This document shows positions 62,275-64,000 of a DNA stretch of 64,000 bases, piece after piece. Within the stretch, counting starts at the first letter, position 1. The number at the start of each line of letters is the position of its first letter. The position numbers and the translations under genes are program-made. A model generated the notes under the pieces. It saw nothing but the letters and a program-made list of their open reading frames with translations. It had not been told where the DNA came from and searched no databases. This DNA comes from Hormiphora californensis (Eukaryota; Animalia; Ctenophora). Location: NCBI GenBank assembly GCA_020137815.1, contig CM035362.1, positions 5,022,001-5,086,000 of the forward strand, in the 5' to 3' direction.

Positions 62275-63231
62275 CTGATAAGTGAGATATGTGTGTGTGA
62301 GAGTTTCGTATTAGACACACTTTGTTTTTATTCGGTGAAATGCTAGATCACAATATGTCACGTGATGCCCATATATGGTATAAGTGGGAGAGAACCTAGG
62401 GAGGGGATTTGATAGCTGAAGCGACGATATATTTAGTTAAGCTCAGATTAGTCTAACAAAATTCCAACAATTTCCACCCCTTCCCAGAAAGGCACCACGA
62501 TTTGACAGCTGCAGAGTATTGATAAGTTCAGTTAATCCTTGTTTTCCAACTTTGTATGGACAGAGGGGGCCCGGGGCAGTTACATACATCCCCTTCCACC
62601 AACTTTTGACAAATGAGATGTTTTTTGAGTAACAGTGCAGATTACCCAAAGTGGGGAATACCCACTGGCTGGATTACCCATTAGTAGTGGGAAAACTGTG
62701 AATTTCAACCCCTTTGTAACAGTCACGTGACCAGTGGTCATGTGACTGTTACAGTTGAACACGTGACTGATACAAATGTCACATAGCTGTTACAGTTGTA
62801 CTTCCGGGTGACAGCACGTGATTAATGTACTTCCGGGTCAGCCAAGTGACTTGTACCGTGTGACAGCACGTGATTAATGTACTTCCGGGTCAGCCAAACG
62901 GAGTACATAGCGCGACAGCCAAACGGAGTATATGTCACGTGACAGCTAGACACTAAGCGACAGCCAAACGGAGTATATGTCACACGGTACAAGTCACTTG
63001 ACTGACCCGGAAGTACATTAATCACGTGCTGTCACCCGGAAGTACAACGTGACTGGTTATCAGCCAATCAGGGACCAGTATTTCCTGATTCGGTCGGTTC
63101 TTGGTACGGAGTTTAGTACTGCATCAGTACTGCGTTAATAGTATTTAATAGTTTAAACTGTGCCCACTTAATACAGTGTTTAATACAGTGTTGCAACATG
63201 CTGCCACTGTAGTTTGTACTTCTACACCCAC

Positions 63232-63886
63232 CTGACGGGTTGAGTTTCAGGTGATCGTTAAATGTTGAATCCCAAATCGTCTTCTGTGTCTGCCAATTTA
63301 GAAGATAACCCTGTGAAATACAATATCTAATGGATCAATTAGCAAGCTAGTTAAACAATTAACATGAATTTTAACAGCCCGCATAAAGCGTTGTCCACGA
63401 CGTCTAAGACGCCATTCGCTGACATCGAATGCTTTTTTGTGCGACTTGGACGTCGTGGACAGAGATGAAGCAAACCTTCTGAAAGGTGTAGTGATGTGAA
63501 TACTGCTCATATCTGACACTTCTCAATGCTCTTCCCCACAAACGTGTGCCTCCTATCTTTTGGTCTCATTACCCATTGTGGATGATATCAGGAGATTTAT
63601 CTGTCTTAAAACCTGGTAGGAAACAGAAAATTTCAGCAGGAACCAACCGACACTTGTAAAGACACCATCAGAACTCTGATTTAGTCACGTGACTGGTTAT
63701 AAGCCAATCAGGGACCAGTAATTCCTGATTCGGTCGGTTCTTGCTTAATTTGATGGTTTGTTTGCTAAGTTGGTATCTTTTTGTTCTCCTACATTCGATG
63801 ATTACTTTACAGAAGTAATCGGTTTGATTCTAACCTGTTTTCATAGTGTAACTTCCATTGTCGAGGATAAGTACCTTTTCCACCAT
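63232..63886 (-). CDS. ACTR6: Actin-related protein 6, first three coding exons only (63835-63886, 63476-63612, 63232-63310); exon 2 frameshifted as assembled
   Basis: MVEKVLILDNGSYTMKTG...PF(Q)KGYLLNWQTQKTIWD matches the ARP6 N-terminus (LVLDNG..K.G; PFQKGYLVNW..Q..VWD). Confidence 0.8.
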
Positions 63887-64000
63887 TGTGATCGATTTTG
63901 CTAAAAACAGTGGTAAGAGTGAGAGTGATTGTCTGAATTTGGAGAAGAAATAGGTTATAGGCAGGTTACAAGTAATAAGTATGATAAATGGACCAACTTA

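Overview
Eukaryotic, intron-rich animal genomic DNA, probably ctenophore (inferred from the intronless LDLa-7TM receptors and a ctenophore-type extracellular domain). Genes: (1) the 3' ~25 exons of a TRPM2-like channel with a C-terminal NUDT9-H/Nudix domain (+, 901-33458). One intron carries an antisense intronless LDLa-repeat GPCR enclosed by foldback-transposon arms; the last intron carries a small TM/PPxY gene and a Penelope GIY-YIG fragment. (2) UDP-glucose 4-epimerase (GALE, -) with two alternative N-terminal exon sets. (3) A near full-length R4/Dong-clade RLE non-LTR retrotransposon inserted in a (CT)n microsatellite, with an HDV-like ribozyme fold at its 5' end and an ~820-bp higher-order tandem array in its 5' UTR. 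(4) A ctenophore-type domain/sushi gene fragment. (5) An uncharacterised multi-exon gene (-) hosting a second GPCR fragment split by a Transib-like element. (6) The first three coding exons of ACTR6/ARP6. Introns are packed with MITEs and foldback elements (hAT, Kolobok-like, Mutator-like, Tc1/pogo-like) and LINE fragments. Several single-base homopolymer frameshifts and a garbled stretch near 50.5-51.1 kb suggest noisy long-read consensus. Exon boundaries were read by eye.
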